Shown piece by piece: positions 9,665 to 18,857 of a stretch of DNA of 64,000 nt; the stretch's first letter is position 1, and the number at the start of each line of letters is the position of its first letter. The stretch is from an uncultured Alphaproteobacteria bacterium (GTDB lineage Bacteria; Pseudomonadota; Alphaproteobacteria; Rs-D84). The stretch covers positions 9,133 to 73,132 of the forward strand of contig CARVLU010000003.1 of the NCBI GenBank assembly GCA_949082785.1. Direction: 5' to 3'. The position numbers and the translations under genes are program-made. The notes below the pieces were generated by a model, which saw only the letters and a list, made by a program, of their open reading frames with translations, was not told where the DNA came from and made no database searches.

Positions 9665-10687
9665 TTATTTTTCCCCCTGTTTAAACAATAAACAACAATC
9701 CCCATACGAAAAGAACCGATACCGCGCGTCCACCGCATGGCGGTATGCCGCGCGCATTTCATCGACACCCGCGAACGCCGACACCAGCATGAATAACGTC
9801 GATTTTGGCAAATGAAAGTTCGTCAGCAACACGTCCACCGCGCGGAATTTATACCCCGGCGTGATAAAGATATTTGTTGTCTGGCAAAACGGTTTTACGC
9901 GGCGGAATTCCGTACCATCACCGGCACCCATTGCCGCACTTTCCAGTGTGCGCATGGACGTCGTTCCGACCGCAATAACGCGGCGCGCGCGATTGATGAT
10001 GTCCGCCTGGTGGGGCGTAATTTGGCACCATTCGCTGTGCATTTTGTGCTGGGACAAATCTTCGGTTTTAACGGGCATCCATGTCCCCGCCCCAACGTGC
10101 AGTGTGACATGCACAATCTGGGCACCGCGGGCCGTGATTTCATCCATCAATTCCGGCGTAAAATGCAGCCCCGCCGTCGGTGCCGCCATCGACCCCAATG
10201 GCCCGGCATAGACCGTTTGATACCGGTCGCGGTCGGCGGTTTCACAATCGCGCTTCATATACGGGGGCAACGGCATTTTTCCCACCCGGTCCAGCACCGC
10301 AAAAATATCGTCGCATTGGAATTTCAGTTTAATCCCACTGTCGGCATCATGGTCAATGACGGTGGCCACCGTCCCGTCGTCCAGTGTTAAATCGGTGCCG
10401 ACCGGGATTTTATTAAATTTTTTACACAGCCCCCACCATGCGCCGTCATCCGCCGCGGTATGCAGTGTAATTTCGTGGCCAGATGCCATAAATCGCGCCG
10501 GAATCACACGTGAATTGTTAAATACAACCACATCCCCGGGCCGGATAAATTCCAGAAAATCCCGCACACATCTGTCCGCGATTTTTTCCCCATCCACCAC
10601 CAGCATGCGTGACGCATCGCGCCGGTCTAATGGACGCGACGCAATTAAATCAGACGGCAATTCAAAATCAAAATCAGACGTGTGCAT
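9665..10687 (-). CDS. queA: S-adenosylmethionine:tRNA ribosyltransferase-isomerase
   Basis: 340 aa with QueA signature regions (PLPPYMKR..., LHFT, FLFKQGEK C-terminus). Confidence 0.95.
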   Translation of the reverse strand: MHTSDFDFELPSDLIASRPLDRRDASRMLVVDGEKIADRCVRDFLEFIRPGDVVVFNNSRVIPARFMASGHEITLHTAADDGAWWGLCKKFNKIPVGTDLTLDDGTVATVIDHDADSGIKLKFQCDDIFAVLDRVGKMPLPPYMKRDCETADRDRYQTVYAGPLGSMAAPTAGLHFTPELMDEITARGAQIVHVTLHVGAGTWMPVKTEDLSQHKMHSEWCQITPHQADIINRARRVIAVGTTSMRTLESAAMGAGDGTEFRRVKPFCQTTNIFITPGYKFRAVDVLLTNFHLPKSTLFMLVSAFAGVDEMRAAYRHAVDARYRFFSYGDCCLLFKQGEK

Positions 10688-10689
10688 TT

Positions 10690-11145
10690 TTATCTTTGTT
10701 TCGTATTTATTTCCCGTATCAGGCTGTCACGACGTGCATTTTCGCGCAATTCTTTTAATGTACGGCCGTTGACCGTGCGTATCGTCGTAACCGGGACTGG
10801 CGGACGCAGCCCCTGATAATACCAGGACTTATTTACCGGATTGTTCATGAAACGCGCGTTTCCCATGATAGTATCACCAATATTTAAATATGGATAAAAT
10901 CCACCACGCGGGTCAATTGTATCACCGTCAAATGTCATTACATGATTGACACCGGGGTTTGCAATTGAATGATACACAATTTTATTCGCACCGCGGGCCG
11001 TGATTACATAATCATCCGTTTCATTGTCCGTCGTACACTTTACCACCATCAACGCGCCGACCGTCAGCATGACGCCCATCATCGCAAACACGGTCCAGGC
11101 GTCGGCCGGTAATTTCTGATTATTTTTCATTTGATTTGTATTCAT
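10690..11145 (-). CDS. hypothetical membrane-anchored protein
   Basis: ATG 11145 (MNTNQMKNNQKL) followed by TM helix; the ORF-track N-terminal extension is Cys/Arg-rich and rejected. Confidence 0.55.
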   Translation of the reverse strand: MNTNQMKNNQKLPADAWTVFAMMGVMLTVGALMVVKCTTDNETDDYVITARGANKIVYHSIANPGVNHVMTFDGDTIDPRGGFYPYLNIGDTIMGNARFMNNPVNKSWYYQGLRPPVPVTTIRTVNGRTLKELRENARRDSLIREINTKQR

Positions 11146-11164
11146 TGGCACAGCCCTTTGTCCA

Positions 11165-11863
11165 TTACAACGCCAATGCCACAAACGGCAACAACAACAC
11201 ATAAAATGCCGGGGTTTTGAACATGGTTTTGACACCGGACCAGATGGTTGTATCGTCGATATCAATGTTAAACAATGTATATTGCACCTGGGTTTTGATA
11301 TTGGCCAGTTGCCCCTGTAACGCCAAAATGTTGGCATTGACCCGTTGCAGTTCCGTTTCAATTTTCATAATCTGGTCCACGTCGGTGGTTTTGGCCAGCA
11401 ATTCGGTGTACCGTGTCCGGACCGCAATCATCGATTCCAATTTTGCCGCAACATCATTGCCGGTGTCGGTGACATCTGTGACACTGCGGTCAATTTTGCG
11501 CAGTTTGCCGATATCCGTCCCCATTCTGTCCAAGAAACGGTCCGCCCGGTCGGCCGGCACATATGCGATAACATGCGATGCGGTACCACTTTTGACATAT
11601 CCGCCCATATCGGTGACCAATTTTTGGATTTCCCCGGACGCGGTGGCGGCATCTGTAACCTTGATATCAACATCAATTTTGTTCGATTGTTGGCGCGCGG
11701 ACATTTCCAATTTCATATCCGCATCCGACGCATCGCGCCCCGCATCATACGTCGCCCCATCGGATGCCGCCACCACCGGCGCATCAATCGGCGTAATCGG
11801 CAACGTTTTGACACATCCGTTCACCGCCAACACACAAATAACAGACAAAATCACACGTTTCAT
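11165..11863 (-). CDS. lipoprotein with coiled-coil and C-terminal TM (DUF4349-like architecture)
   Basis: lipobox VLAVNGC after MKRVILSVIC; C-terminal hydrophobic segment FYVLLLPFVALAL. Confidence 0.55.
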   Translation of the reverse strand: MKRVILSVICVLAVNGCVKTLPITPIDAPVVAASDGATYDAGRDASDADMKLEMSARQQSNKIDVDIKVTDAATASGEIQKLVTDMGGYVKSGTASHVIAYVPADRADRFLDRMGTDIGKLRKIDRSVTDVTDTGNDVAAKLESMIAVRTRYTELLAKTTDVDQIMKIETELQRVNANILALQGQLANIKTQVQYTLFNIDIDDTTIWSGVKTMFKTPAFYVLLLPFVALAL

Positions 11864-11878
11864 CCCAACCCCCATTTT

Positions 11879-12772
11879 TTATTTTTTAAATTCCAATCCC
11901 TGGTCGATATAGTTTTCGGCCTTGTTCTCCCAGTCGGGTTCGACACGCACAAACAAATGCAGGCGCGCATTCACGCCCCACTGGTTTTGAATATCATGCC
12001 GGGCGGCGGTGCCAATTTGCTTTAACTGTTCGCCACCGCGACCAATGACAATTTTTTTATGCGCGTCACTGGCGACCACAATTTTCTGATAAATATCCAA
12101 AACATTTTCCGCATCCACGTCCACGCGTTCGGTCACAACATTGATGTGATACGGCAATTCTTGGTGAATATATTTATAAATTTTTTCCCGGGTCAATTCC
12201 GCCAGATACAGCGCATCCGGCACATCCGGCTGGTCGGTCGGATCAAACAGATACGGGGATTCGGGCATCACATCGGCCAATGCCCCCAGCATGCCCGTCA
12301 CACCATCGTTTTTCAGTGCCGAAATCATGAATATTTCGCGCCAATTGGCCATCGCAGACAATTCGGCGACAATCGGCAACAGATTGGGTTTGGCGACGGC
12401 ATCCACCTTGTTCAGGGCCACAAACAGGTTCGCCCGGTCGCGAATTTTTTCGACCAGCCCGCGAATGGTTTCGGTTACGCCCTTTTGCGCGTCCATAATT
12501 AACAAAATCGCATCGGCGTCCGACACCGCATCCATTGCGGCGGCAACCATCGCCCGGTCCAGACGGCGTTTTGGATTAAACACGCCGGGCGTATCGACAA
12601 ATATCAATTGCCGGTCACCCACCATTTTCACCGCGCGCAGCCGGGTGCGTGTGGTTTGCACCTTGTGCGATACGATGGACACTTTCTGTCCCATGATTTG
12701 ATTTAACAATGTGCTTTTGCCCGCGTTTGTCGGGCCGATAATGGCCACAAAGCCAGAATAAGTCTTCGTCAT
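11879..12772 (-). CDS. era: GTPase Era
   Basis: G1 GPTNAGKST, G3 DTPG, G4 NKVD, C-terminal KH domain; start at MTKTYSG (12772), the upstream ORF-track extension is not Era-like. Confidence 0.95.
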   Translation of the reverse strand: MTKTYSGFVAIIGPTNAGKSTLLNQIMGQKVSIVSHKVQTTRTRLRAVKMVGDRQLIFVDTPGVFNPKRRLDRAMVAAAMDAVSDADAILLIMDAQKGVTETIRGLVEKIRDRANLFVALNKVDAVAKPNLLPIVAELSAMANWREIFMISALKNDGVTGMLGALADVMPESPYLFDPTDQPDVPDALYLAELTREKIYKYIHQELPYHINVVTERVDVDAENVLDIYQKIVVASDAHKKIVIGRGGEQLKQIGTAARHDIQNQWGVNARLHLFVRVEPDWENKAENYIDQGLEFKK

Positions 12773-12856
12773 ACCCAGCACAATAGCACACCAATTTAAA
12801 AAGTGAATTAAAATCTTGCAAATCGGCATCCCACGTATAAAATAAATCCCGAGAGA

Positions 12857-13429
12857 ATGGCCAAAACAACAAAGACGCAAAGACACATGGATATGAGCAA
12901 TACATTCTCGGACATGTGGTACGGGCAAAGCAAAACCACCATGGAAGACATCTTTCAAATGGTGCCCCAGCCACAGCTGAACAAATTATCCGATTATTTG
13001 ATTCAGCAAAACGGATTAAACTACCAAATTTCAATGTGCATGGAAGAAATTTCCGAATTGGCCACAGAATTGGTTCTGGACCGATCATTTGCAGACACCG
13101 CCAGCGAAATTGCCGACGTATACATCACATTGAACCACGTGACATACGGGTACGATATCCAACGCACCGTCAACAGCATTCGCCGCAAAAAGATTCGCGC
13201 CCCGCAATTTATGTCCGGCAATGACGAACGGTTAATCGCCCTGTTGGGATTACAAAAAGAATTACTGAAACACATGAACCGCCGGCGCGACAACATGCCG
13301 GCCGTTATTAACGCAACGGCGGACGCGTACGTTGCCCTGGGGCGGTTAATCATCGCCCACAATAACATGCCGTTGGTTCTGGACACCGTTTACCAAAAGA
13401 TTCAGCGCACATTCCAGCGTGAAAAATAA
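12857..13429 (+). CDS. MazG-like nucleotide pyrophosphohydrolase family protein (tentative)
   Basis: EEISELATE ... SEIADVYITL motif pair resembling MazG EExxE/ExxD metal-binding helices; divergent from era. Confidence 0.5.
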   Translation: MAKTTKTQRHMDMSNTFSDMWYGQSKTTMEDIFQMVPQPQLNKLSDYLIQQNGLNYQISMCMEEISELATELVLDRSFADTASEIADVYITLNHVTYGYDIQRTVNSIRRKKIRAPQFMSGNDERLIALLGLQKELLKHMNRRRDNMPAVINATADAYVALGRLIIAHNNMPLVLDTVYQKIQRTFQREK

Positions 13430-13432
13430 AAA

Positions 13433-13459
13433 CAAAATCCGACACCCGTCGGATTTTTT
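13433..13459 (+). terminator. rho-independent terminator
   Basis: AAAATCCGACACCCGTCGGATTTTTT. Confidence 0.8.
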
Positions 13460-13463
13460 ATCA

Positions 13464-13491
13464 TTGCAACATTAACAAAATTCAATATAAT
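13464..13491 (+). promoter_or_regulatory. sigma70-type promoter TTGCAA-16-TATAAT for leader A
   Basis: near-consensus hexamers with 16-nt spacer directly upstream of conserved leader. Confidence 0.5.
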
Positions 13492-13497
13492 AACAAT

Positions 13498-13705
13498 CGA
13501 ATTCATTAGATTGGATTCGGGACGTCGAAAATCCCTTATTAGTCCGGCAGAAATGTCGTTAAAACATTATGGCTTTTGCCATTTCCCCGACACCAGGTCG
13601 GGTTGTTGCGGTTATACAACAGGATTTATCCGAAAACCGCAAGGTCATTGACTAATATGATTTTTCGAACTTCCCGACCACCAATATTTTGGTGGTTTTT
13701 GTTTA
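13498..13705 (+). promoter_or_regulatory. type-1a structured leader RNA (copy A) ending in intrinsic terminator GACCACCAATATTTTGGTGGTTTTT
   Basis: ~85% identical blocks with 22271-22484; 5' segment CGGGACGTCGAAAATC can pair with GATTTTTCGAACTTCCCG adjoining the terminator; conserved internal hairpins. Confidence 0.6.
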
Positions 13706-13736
13706 ACAAAAAAACAAAAGAAGGAAATGAAAAATC

Positions 13737-14192
13737 ATGAAAAAGCTGACAACATGTATTGCACTGGCCGCGATTTGCAGCCCCGCGCTGGGTATCGTCA
13801 CCAATCCCGACCTGTTGGCATGTTTATGCGATGATGCACTGACACCATCGGTCCCCCAGGGTTCATATTGTCCGGACGGAACATACTGTCCATATAAATG
13901 TCCGGGCTGCACCAATATCAATTGGACATCATCATCAACCGGGTATGAATCACGCATAAGGGCCACATGCGATATTTATTCAGGCAACTGTAACAAAACC
14001 ACCGAATATCGTTGCGCAGCCGGATATTACGGCAATACGTTAAATGGCAATTCCGGATGTTCGGCATGCCCCAGGGGCGGCACGTCCCCCGCCGGCAGCA
14101 AGTCCATAACATCATGCTATCTGCCCAATGGGACATCTGGGACCGACAGCACCGGCAGTTATGTTTATACATCAGATTGCTATTACAATTAA
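13737..14192 (+). CDS. secreted cysteine-rich protein, family member (signal peptide MKKLTTCIALAAICSPALG)
   Basis: 151 aa, 18 Cys; YRCAAGYYGN...SGCSACP...SCYLP...GSYVYTSDCYY shared module. Confidence 0.8.
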   Translation: MKKLTTCIALAAICSPALGIVTNPDLLACLCDDALTPSVPQGSYCPDGTYCPYKCPGCTNINWTSSSTGYESRIRATCDIYSGNCNKTTEYRCAAGYYGNTLNGNSGCSACPRGGTSPAGSKSITSCYLPNGTSGTDSTGSYVYTSDCYYN

Positions 14193-14447
14193 TCTGATGC
14201 CGGACAAGGCAAGAAAAAACACATCACCAACAGATAAAATCCCCGGCGAACGCCGGGGTGTCCTGGATTACTTCCGGGTCCCGCCATCGGGTTATCCCCG
14301 GTCGAAATTTTGAATATTGGGACCTTTAGAATGCCAACATTTTTTCGACCGGCCCAAAATGCCAGGGCATTCGGGCAATGGCGGGTTGTCGTTTTTGATG
14401 GTATGGTCATCGCGGTTTTCGAGAGAGAAAATCGTCCCCATCAACAA

Positions 14448-14640
14448 CAAAACCACCTGTGGATAAAGGTGGTTGGAGATTAGCAATCTATTAACAGTAA
14501 ATAGTGTCGATATTCAATATATTCTCGACTCTCCAACCCTGGTTGGATTTTTCATCTTGAAGCAAGACGACTGTTAAGGAGTGGCTAAACTCCACGATGT
14601 GAAATCCACATCGCATTTTAATTATATATAAATATTTTCT
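14448..14640 (-). ncRNA. orphan copy E of type-1b leader element (possible sRNA or decayed gene leader)
   Basis: contains hairpin with conserved loop GAATATATTGAATA, CCAACC/GGTTGGAG/CTCCAACC alternative pairing and terminator CCACCTTTATCCACAGGTGGTTTT; no cys-rich CDS downstream. Confidence 0.45.
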
Positions 14641-14707
14641 TATTTTCCAGTAAATTATAAAAAAAGAAAGGGTTAATCCCCCTTCTTTTCTACTGGTTTT
14701 TCTACAA

Positions 14708-14905
14708 AACAAAACCACCAGAAAATTCAGGTGGTTGGAGATTAGCAACTATTAACAGTAATAGTGCGATATTCAATATATTTTCGACTCTCCAACCATG
14801 TTGGACTTTTACATCATGTCAAAAGACATAACGACTGTTAATAGGTTGCTAAACCCACATCGGCAACACGCCGACACGTAATATATTATATATGTTTTTT
14901 TTGCG
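14708..14905 (-). ncRNA. orphan copy F of type-1b leader element with own TATAAT promoter
   Basis: tandem duplicate of copy E (about 85% identity), conserved loop GAAAATATATTGAATA, terminator CCACCTGAATTTTCTGGTGGTTTT. Confidence 0.45.
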
Positions 14906-15057
14906 AATTCCAGGGATTTTTTATGGACGAATAAAGGCGATTGGGGTCTAAGAACTATCGTTCGATGAACATAGCACGATTTATTTGAATCAAAGATTCT
15001 TATTCATCGCACCCCAACCACATTTATTATACACATTTTTTCTGACAATTGTACGAA

Positions 15058-15545
15058 TTTTCTGGATTACCGGGCGCTTACTCTCCTTTGTCATTGCGAA
15101 CGAAGTGAAGCAATCCAGTCAAATAATGAACTATTCCTTGCTATTCCTGGATTGCCGCAGTCGTTTCACTCCCTCGCAATGACAGGGGTGTTTAATTGCT
15201 CAAAACCGGGCGCTTACTCTCCTTTGTCATTGCGAACGAAGTGAAGCAATCCAGTAAATAGTGAACTATTCCTTGCTATTCCTGGATTGCCACGCGGCGA
15301 CGTTCCGTCTTGCTCGCAATGACAGGGGTGTTTAATTGCTCAAAACCGGACACTTACTCTACTTTGTCATTGCGAACGAAGTGAAGCAATCCAGTGAATA
15401 TGAACCTTGCCGCTTTCCTGGATTGCCACGCGGCGACGTTCCGTCTTGCTCGCAATGACAATGGGGATGCAGCGCCTGGCTTTGTGTCTTGCCTGCTTCA
15501 TCACACTTGTTCATTGCGAGAGAAGCGACACAATCCAGTTAATAA
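15058..15545. repeat. three and a half tandem ~140-bp repeats, each containing an inverted pair TTGTCATTGCGAACGAAGTGAAGCAATCCAG / CTGGATTGCC...CGCAATGACA
   Basis: direct inspection; related units at 43738-43839 and 44336-44545. Confidence 0.85.
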
Positions 15546-15574
15546 AAGTGCCCGCCGAACGGCGGGACACAAAA

Positions 15575-15604
15575 CAAAAAATCCCGCCGGTTGGCGGGAT
15601 TTTT
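15575..15604. terminator. bidirectional rho-independent terminator
   Basis: AAAAAATCCCGCCGGTTGGCGGGATTTTT just downstream of rlpA stop. Confidence 0.85.
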
Positions 15605-15608
15605 CACA

Positions 15609-16493
15609 TTAAATGCTGTCGGCATTGACCCAGCGACCGTTCTTTAACAGACCCGGCGCCATGCCTTCGTTACTGCGCAGCGCGTCAATCACATTGCGGG
15701 CCTTGGCCGCGTCCAGGCCGACAATACGTACCTTGTACATATCCCCTTCCTTGACCACGGTGGCGTCGCCATATGTGCGCATTCTGGATGCCAGTGCGTC
15801 CGCACTGTCTTCGGCGTAAAATGCCGCCAACTGAACGCTGTATTCACTGCCCGATGTCGCATTCGCAGACGGGGCCGGTTCAACCGTTACCGGTGTGGTG
15901 GTTGTGACCGTTTCGGTGACAGAATAAGTTGTTGTCGCGCCCAATGTCGCGTTTTTCACCGCGATGGTCTGTTCCGGCAAAACCTGAACCTGAACCTTGG
16001 ACTGGCCGGTCATGCCGATTTTGCGGGCGGCCGCCGGGGACAAATCCATAATGCGGGTGTTAACAAACGGACCACGGTTGTTCACGCGAACAATCACAGA
16101 ACTGCCGTTATCTAAATTGGTGACACGGGCGATTGTCGGCAACGGCAAAGTCTTGCTGGTGGCGACCATCTGGTTGATGTCAAATGTTTCACCATTGCTG
16201 GTTTTCGAACCGTTCAATTCCGACGGGATAATGCCCGCGATGCCGGTTTGGTTGTATGTCAAATCTTCGACCGGGATGTATTGTACATCTTCGACCTTGT
16301 ACGCGCTGCCAATATAATACTTGGGCGCGGCGGCCAATAAATAAGTGTTGTTTAAAGTCTGGTCTTCGCCTGTGACCAAGACTTCTTCGCCAAAACCGTC
16401 CGAACCGTAATCCGAACCGGTATTCTGGCCCGACGGGTTTGTACATGCGGCGACCAATGCGGTCAAAACAGCCAATGAAACAATTTTCTTCAT
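15609..16493 (-). CDS. rlpA: septal ring lytic transglycosylase RlpA (DPBB domain + C-terminal SPOR domain), lipoprotein
   Basis: lipobox LVAAC; DPBB block GETFDINQMVATSK...VIVRVNNRGPF; SPOR-like C-terminus YSVQLAAF...DMYKVRIVGL. Confidence 0.85.
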   Translation of the reverse strand: MKKIVSLAVLTALVAACTNPSGQNTGSDYGSDGFGEEVLVTGEDQTLNNTYLLAAAPKYYIGSAYKVEDVQYIPVEDLTYNQTGIAGIIPSELNGSKTSNGETFDINQMVATSKTLPLPTIARVTNLDNGSSVIVRVNNRGPFVNTRIMDLSPAAARKIGMTGQSKVQVQVLPEQTIAVKNATLGATTTYSVTETVTTTTPVTVEPAPSANATSGSEYSVQLAAFYAEDSADALASRMRTYGDATVVKEGDMYKVRIVGLDAAKARNVIDALRSNEGMAPGLLKNGRWVNADSI

Positions 16494-16561
16494 GTGGGAC
16501 TCCTTACATTCTTAATATTGATTTTATCATAAAAAAATCCCACATTCAACTGTATTTTATG

Positions 16562-18022
16562 TCAGATTTTCCGGTCGATAACCCATGCCGCCGGCAGATA
16601 TATTGCCCCGTATCCCGCAATCGCCGCCCCCAGAATCCAGATACTGGTGACCGGGACAAACCACAGCCCAACCCCCAGCACAGTCGCCAGCGAACCAAAC
16701 GCCACCACCGCACGAATTGTCCGCCGGTCCGCCCGGAACAAATCACGTCGCCGGCACGCACGCCCCAACAGATAATTTTTCAAATATCCGCTGACCACGA
16801 TGCCGACCGGAATCGCCAGATATCCCACCAACGGAAACGCCGCCAGATATATCGCCGCCGCCACCCCCAACGATATCATACTGGTGCGGACCGGGGTCCG
16901 AACATCCTGGGCCGCGTACAGTGTTTTACTGTACACCTGGCTGACCAACATGGCGGGCAGAACGAACACCTGAATCATGATGGCGGTCGCAACCGCGTGG
17001 GTGGATTCGGCGGTCCATGCGCCGTATTCAAACAAATACCGTATTATCGGTTCGGCCAACACGAACAGCCCCGCCACACACGGCAGTATCAACATCAATG
17101 ATTTGCGCAGCGATGAATTCTGTTGAATATGAACACTGCGCATATTATTATCCGCCAATGCGTTGGATATTGACGACATTAATACTGTCCCGACGGCCAG
17201 CCCAATCATCGCAAATGGCAACTGTACAATGCGGTCGGAATAATACAGCCATGATACGGCGCCACTTTGGTAACTGGCGACCAGGGTGCCGACAATAATT
17301 GTGATTTGATAAAACCCACTGCCAACGATACTGATGGTCAAACGCCGAAACAGGCTTTTTATCCCCGGCGTCCATTTCGGCACCACCAAATGCAATCCGA
17401 AATGCCGACGCCGGATGCGCCCCAGTAACACCAGACACTGAATCACACCCGACAGAACAACCGTGCCCGCCATGACATACAAAATAATCCCATCGGCATA
17501 AAATGGCGCCGCCGCCAATGCGGCAATCAGCATGATGTTCAGCAACACCGGCATAAACGCCGCCAGCAAGAATCGCGAATGCGCATTTAAAATCGCCGAC
17601 ATAAACGCCGCCGCGCACACAAAAATCACATAGAAAAACATAATGCGGGAAATTTGCACGGTCAGCTGCATCTTGCCCGGGTCATCGGCAAACCCCGGCG
17701 CCAGCCCCCATATCACCAACGGCATAAATATTTCAAACACCAGCGTGATGCCCAACAGCACGACCATTAGCCATGAAAATACGTTTTTCGCGAACGCGTC
17801 GTCTTTCTTTAAATCCGTGTACATGGGGATAAAGATGGCGGACAATGCCCCTTCGCCCAGTAAGTCGCGGAATAAATTCGGTAACTTGAACGCCGCCAGA
17901 AACACGTCCGACAACCGCCCCGCCCCCAGATATCGCGCAATCAGCATGTCGCGAATAAATCCGAATATACGACTGATGCCGGTCATGGCACCAACCCCGA
18001 AAATATGTTTGCCTAGTTTCAT
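16562..18022 (-). CDS. murJ: murein biosynthesis integral membrane protein MurJ (lipid II flippase)
   Basis: 486 aa polytopic, MviN/MurJ N-terminal signature RIFGFIRDMLIARYLGAG...SDVFLAAFKLPNLFRDL. Confidence 0.9.
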   Translation of the reverse strand: MKLGKHIFGVGAMTGISRIFGFIRDMLIARYLGAGRLSDVFLAAFKLPNLFRDLLGEGALSAIFIPMYTDLKKDDAFAKNVFSWLMVVLLGITLVFEIFMPLVIWGLAPGFADDPGKMQLTVQISRIMFFYVIFVCAAAFMSAILNAHSRFLLAAFMPVLLNIMLIAALAAAPFYADGIILYVMAGTVVLSGVIQCLVLLGRIRRRHFGLHLVVPKWTPGIKSLFRRLTISIVGSGFYQITIIVGTLVASYQSGAVSWLYYSDRIVQLPFAMIGLAVGTVLMSSISNALADNNMRSVHIQQNSSLRKSLMLILPCVAGLFVLAEPIIRYLFEYGAWTAESTHAVATAIMIQVFVLPAMLVSQVYSKTLYAAQDVRTPVRTSMISLGVAAAIYLAAFPLVGYLAIPVGIVVSGYLKNYLLGRACRRRDLFRADRRTIRAVVAFGSLATVLGVGLWFVPVTSIWILGAAIAGYGAIYLPAAWVIDRKI

Positions 18023-18074
18023 GGTTTCGATTATACTCTGGTTTGAAAGATAAAATCAAGGCAGGAATAAACAC

Positions 18075-18821
18075 ATGAAAAAAGTATTTGCAATCTTGGG
18101 GGCGATGGCCGTACTGGCCGCGTGCGCCGGGTCCAAAGATACCGTTGTCCCAGACCAGACTTTGCCGGAATTATATGCAAACGCATATGCGGAATTTAAC
18201 AAAGAACATTATGAAACCGCCGCCACAGATTTCTTGGCGGTCGAAACCCAATATCCGGCCAGTCCCTGGGCCGCGGATGCATTGGTAATGGCCGCGTATT
18301 CCCAATATCTGGACAAAGATTTTGCCGGCGCCATCCTGGCCGCCGACCGGTTTATGCGTTTCCACCCCGGACATGCGGATGTGCCGTATATCTTGTACCT
18401 GCGCGGGATGTGTTATTATCGCCAGGTCAGCGATGTGCGCCGCGAACCGGGCATGTCGGCGTACGCGTTGCAACAATTTGAACAGCTGGTCGAACGATTC
18501 CCACGGTCGGAATACGCGGAAAACGCGAAAAATAAAATCGCCATTTTGAAAAACTATATCGCCGGCAAGGTGATGTATTCCGCCCGCATGGATATGTCCC
18601 GCGAAAACTGGCCCAGCGCGATTTCCCACCTGCAATCGGTCGTCACCGGCGCCCAGGAAACCGTCATGACACCAGAAGCCATGTTTCGCTTAACAGAATG
18701 CTATACCGCAATCGGATTGCCGGCCCAGGCATCCGGATATGCCGAAATGTTGCGCACCAATTTCCCAGATAACGAATGGACGAAAAAATTGGACGCCCCA
18801 ACCAGTATCTGCGACAAATAA
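18075..18821 (+). CDS. bamD: outer membrane protein assembly factor BamD (TPR lipoprotein)
   Basis: lipobox LAACAG, TPR-like repeats, BamD-like length and motifs. Confidence 0.85.
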   Translation: MKKVFAILGAMAVLAACAGSKDTVVPDQTLPELYANAYAEFNKEHYETAATDFLAVETQYPASPWAADALVMAAYSQYLDKDFAGAILAADRFMRFHPGHADVPYILYLRGMCYYRQVSDVRREPGMSAYALQQFEQLVERFPRSEYAENAKNKIAILKNYIAGKVMYSARMDMSRENWPSAISHLQSVVTGAQETVMTPEAMFRLTECYTAIGLPAQASGYAEMLRTNFPDNEWTKKLDAPTSICDK

Positions 18822-18846
18822 AAATCCCCCGCCGGGGGATTTTTTC
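18818..18846 (+). terminator. rho-independent terminator
   Basis: AAAAATCCCCCGCCGGGGGATTTTTT. Confidence 0.85.
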
Positions 18847-18857
18847 TGGACACGGCC

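Noticed and set aside
12773-12958. 62-codon N-terminal extension of era
   Set aside because: Era begins at MTKTYSG (12772), immediately before the G1 motif. The extension is Cys/His-rich with no homology to Era.
13498-13705. Assignment of the leaders to a known riboswitch class (c-di-GMP-I/II, SAM-II, glycine, fluoride, guanidine, ZTP)
   Set aside because: No match to the conserved cores of these classes as I recall them. The family is left unclassified.
14292-14748. Two minus-strand ORFs beginning MLISNHL
   Set aside because: They start inside the leader repeat (TTG within CTAATCTCCAACC) and are artefacts of the duplicated RNA element.
15058-15545. CRISPR array?
   Set aside because: The repeat unit is ~140 bp with internal inverted repeats, there are no unique spacers of 30-40 bp, and no cas genes are in the window.
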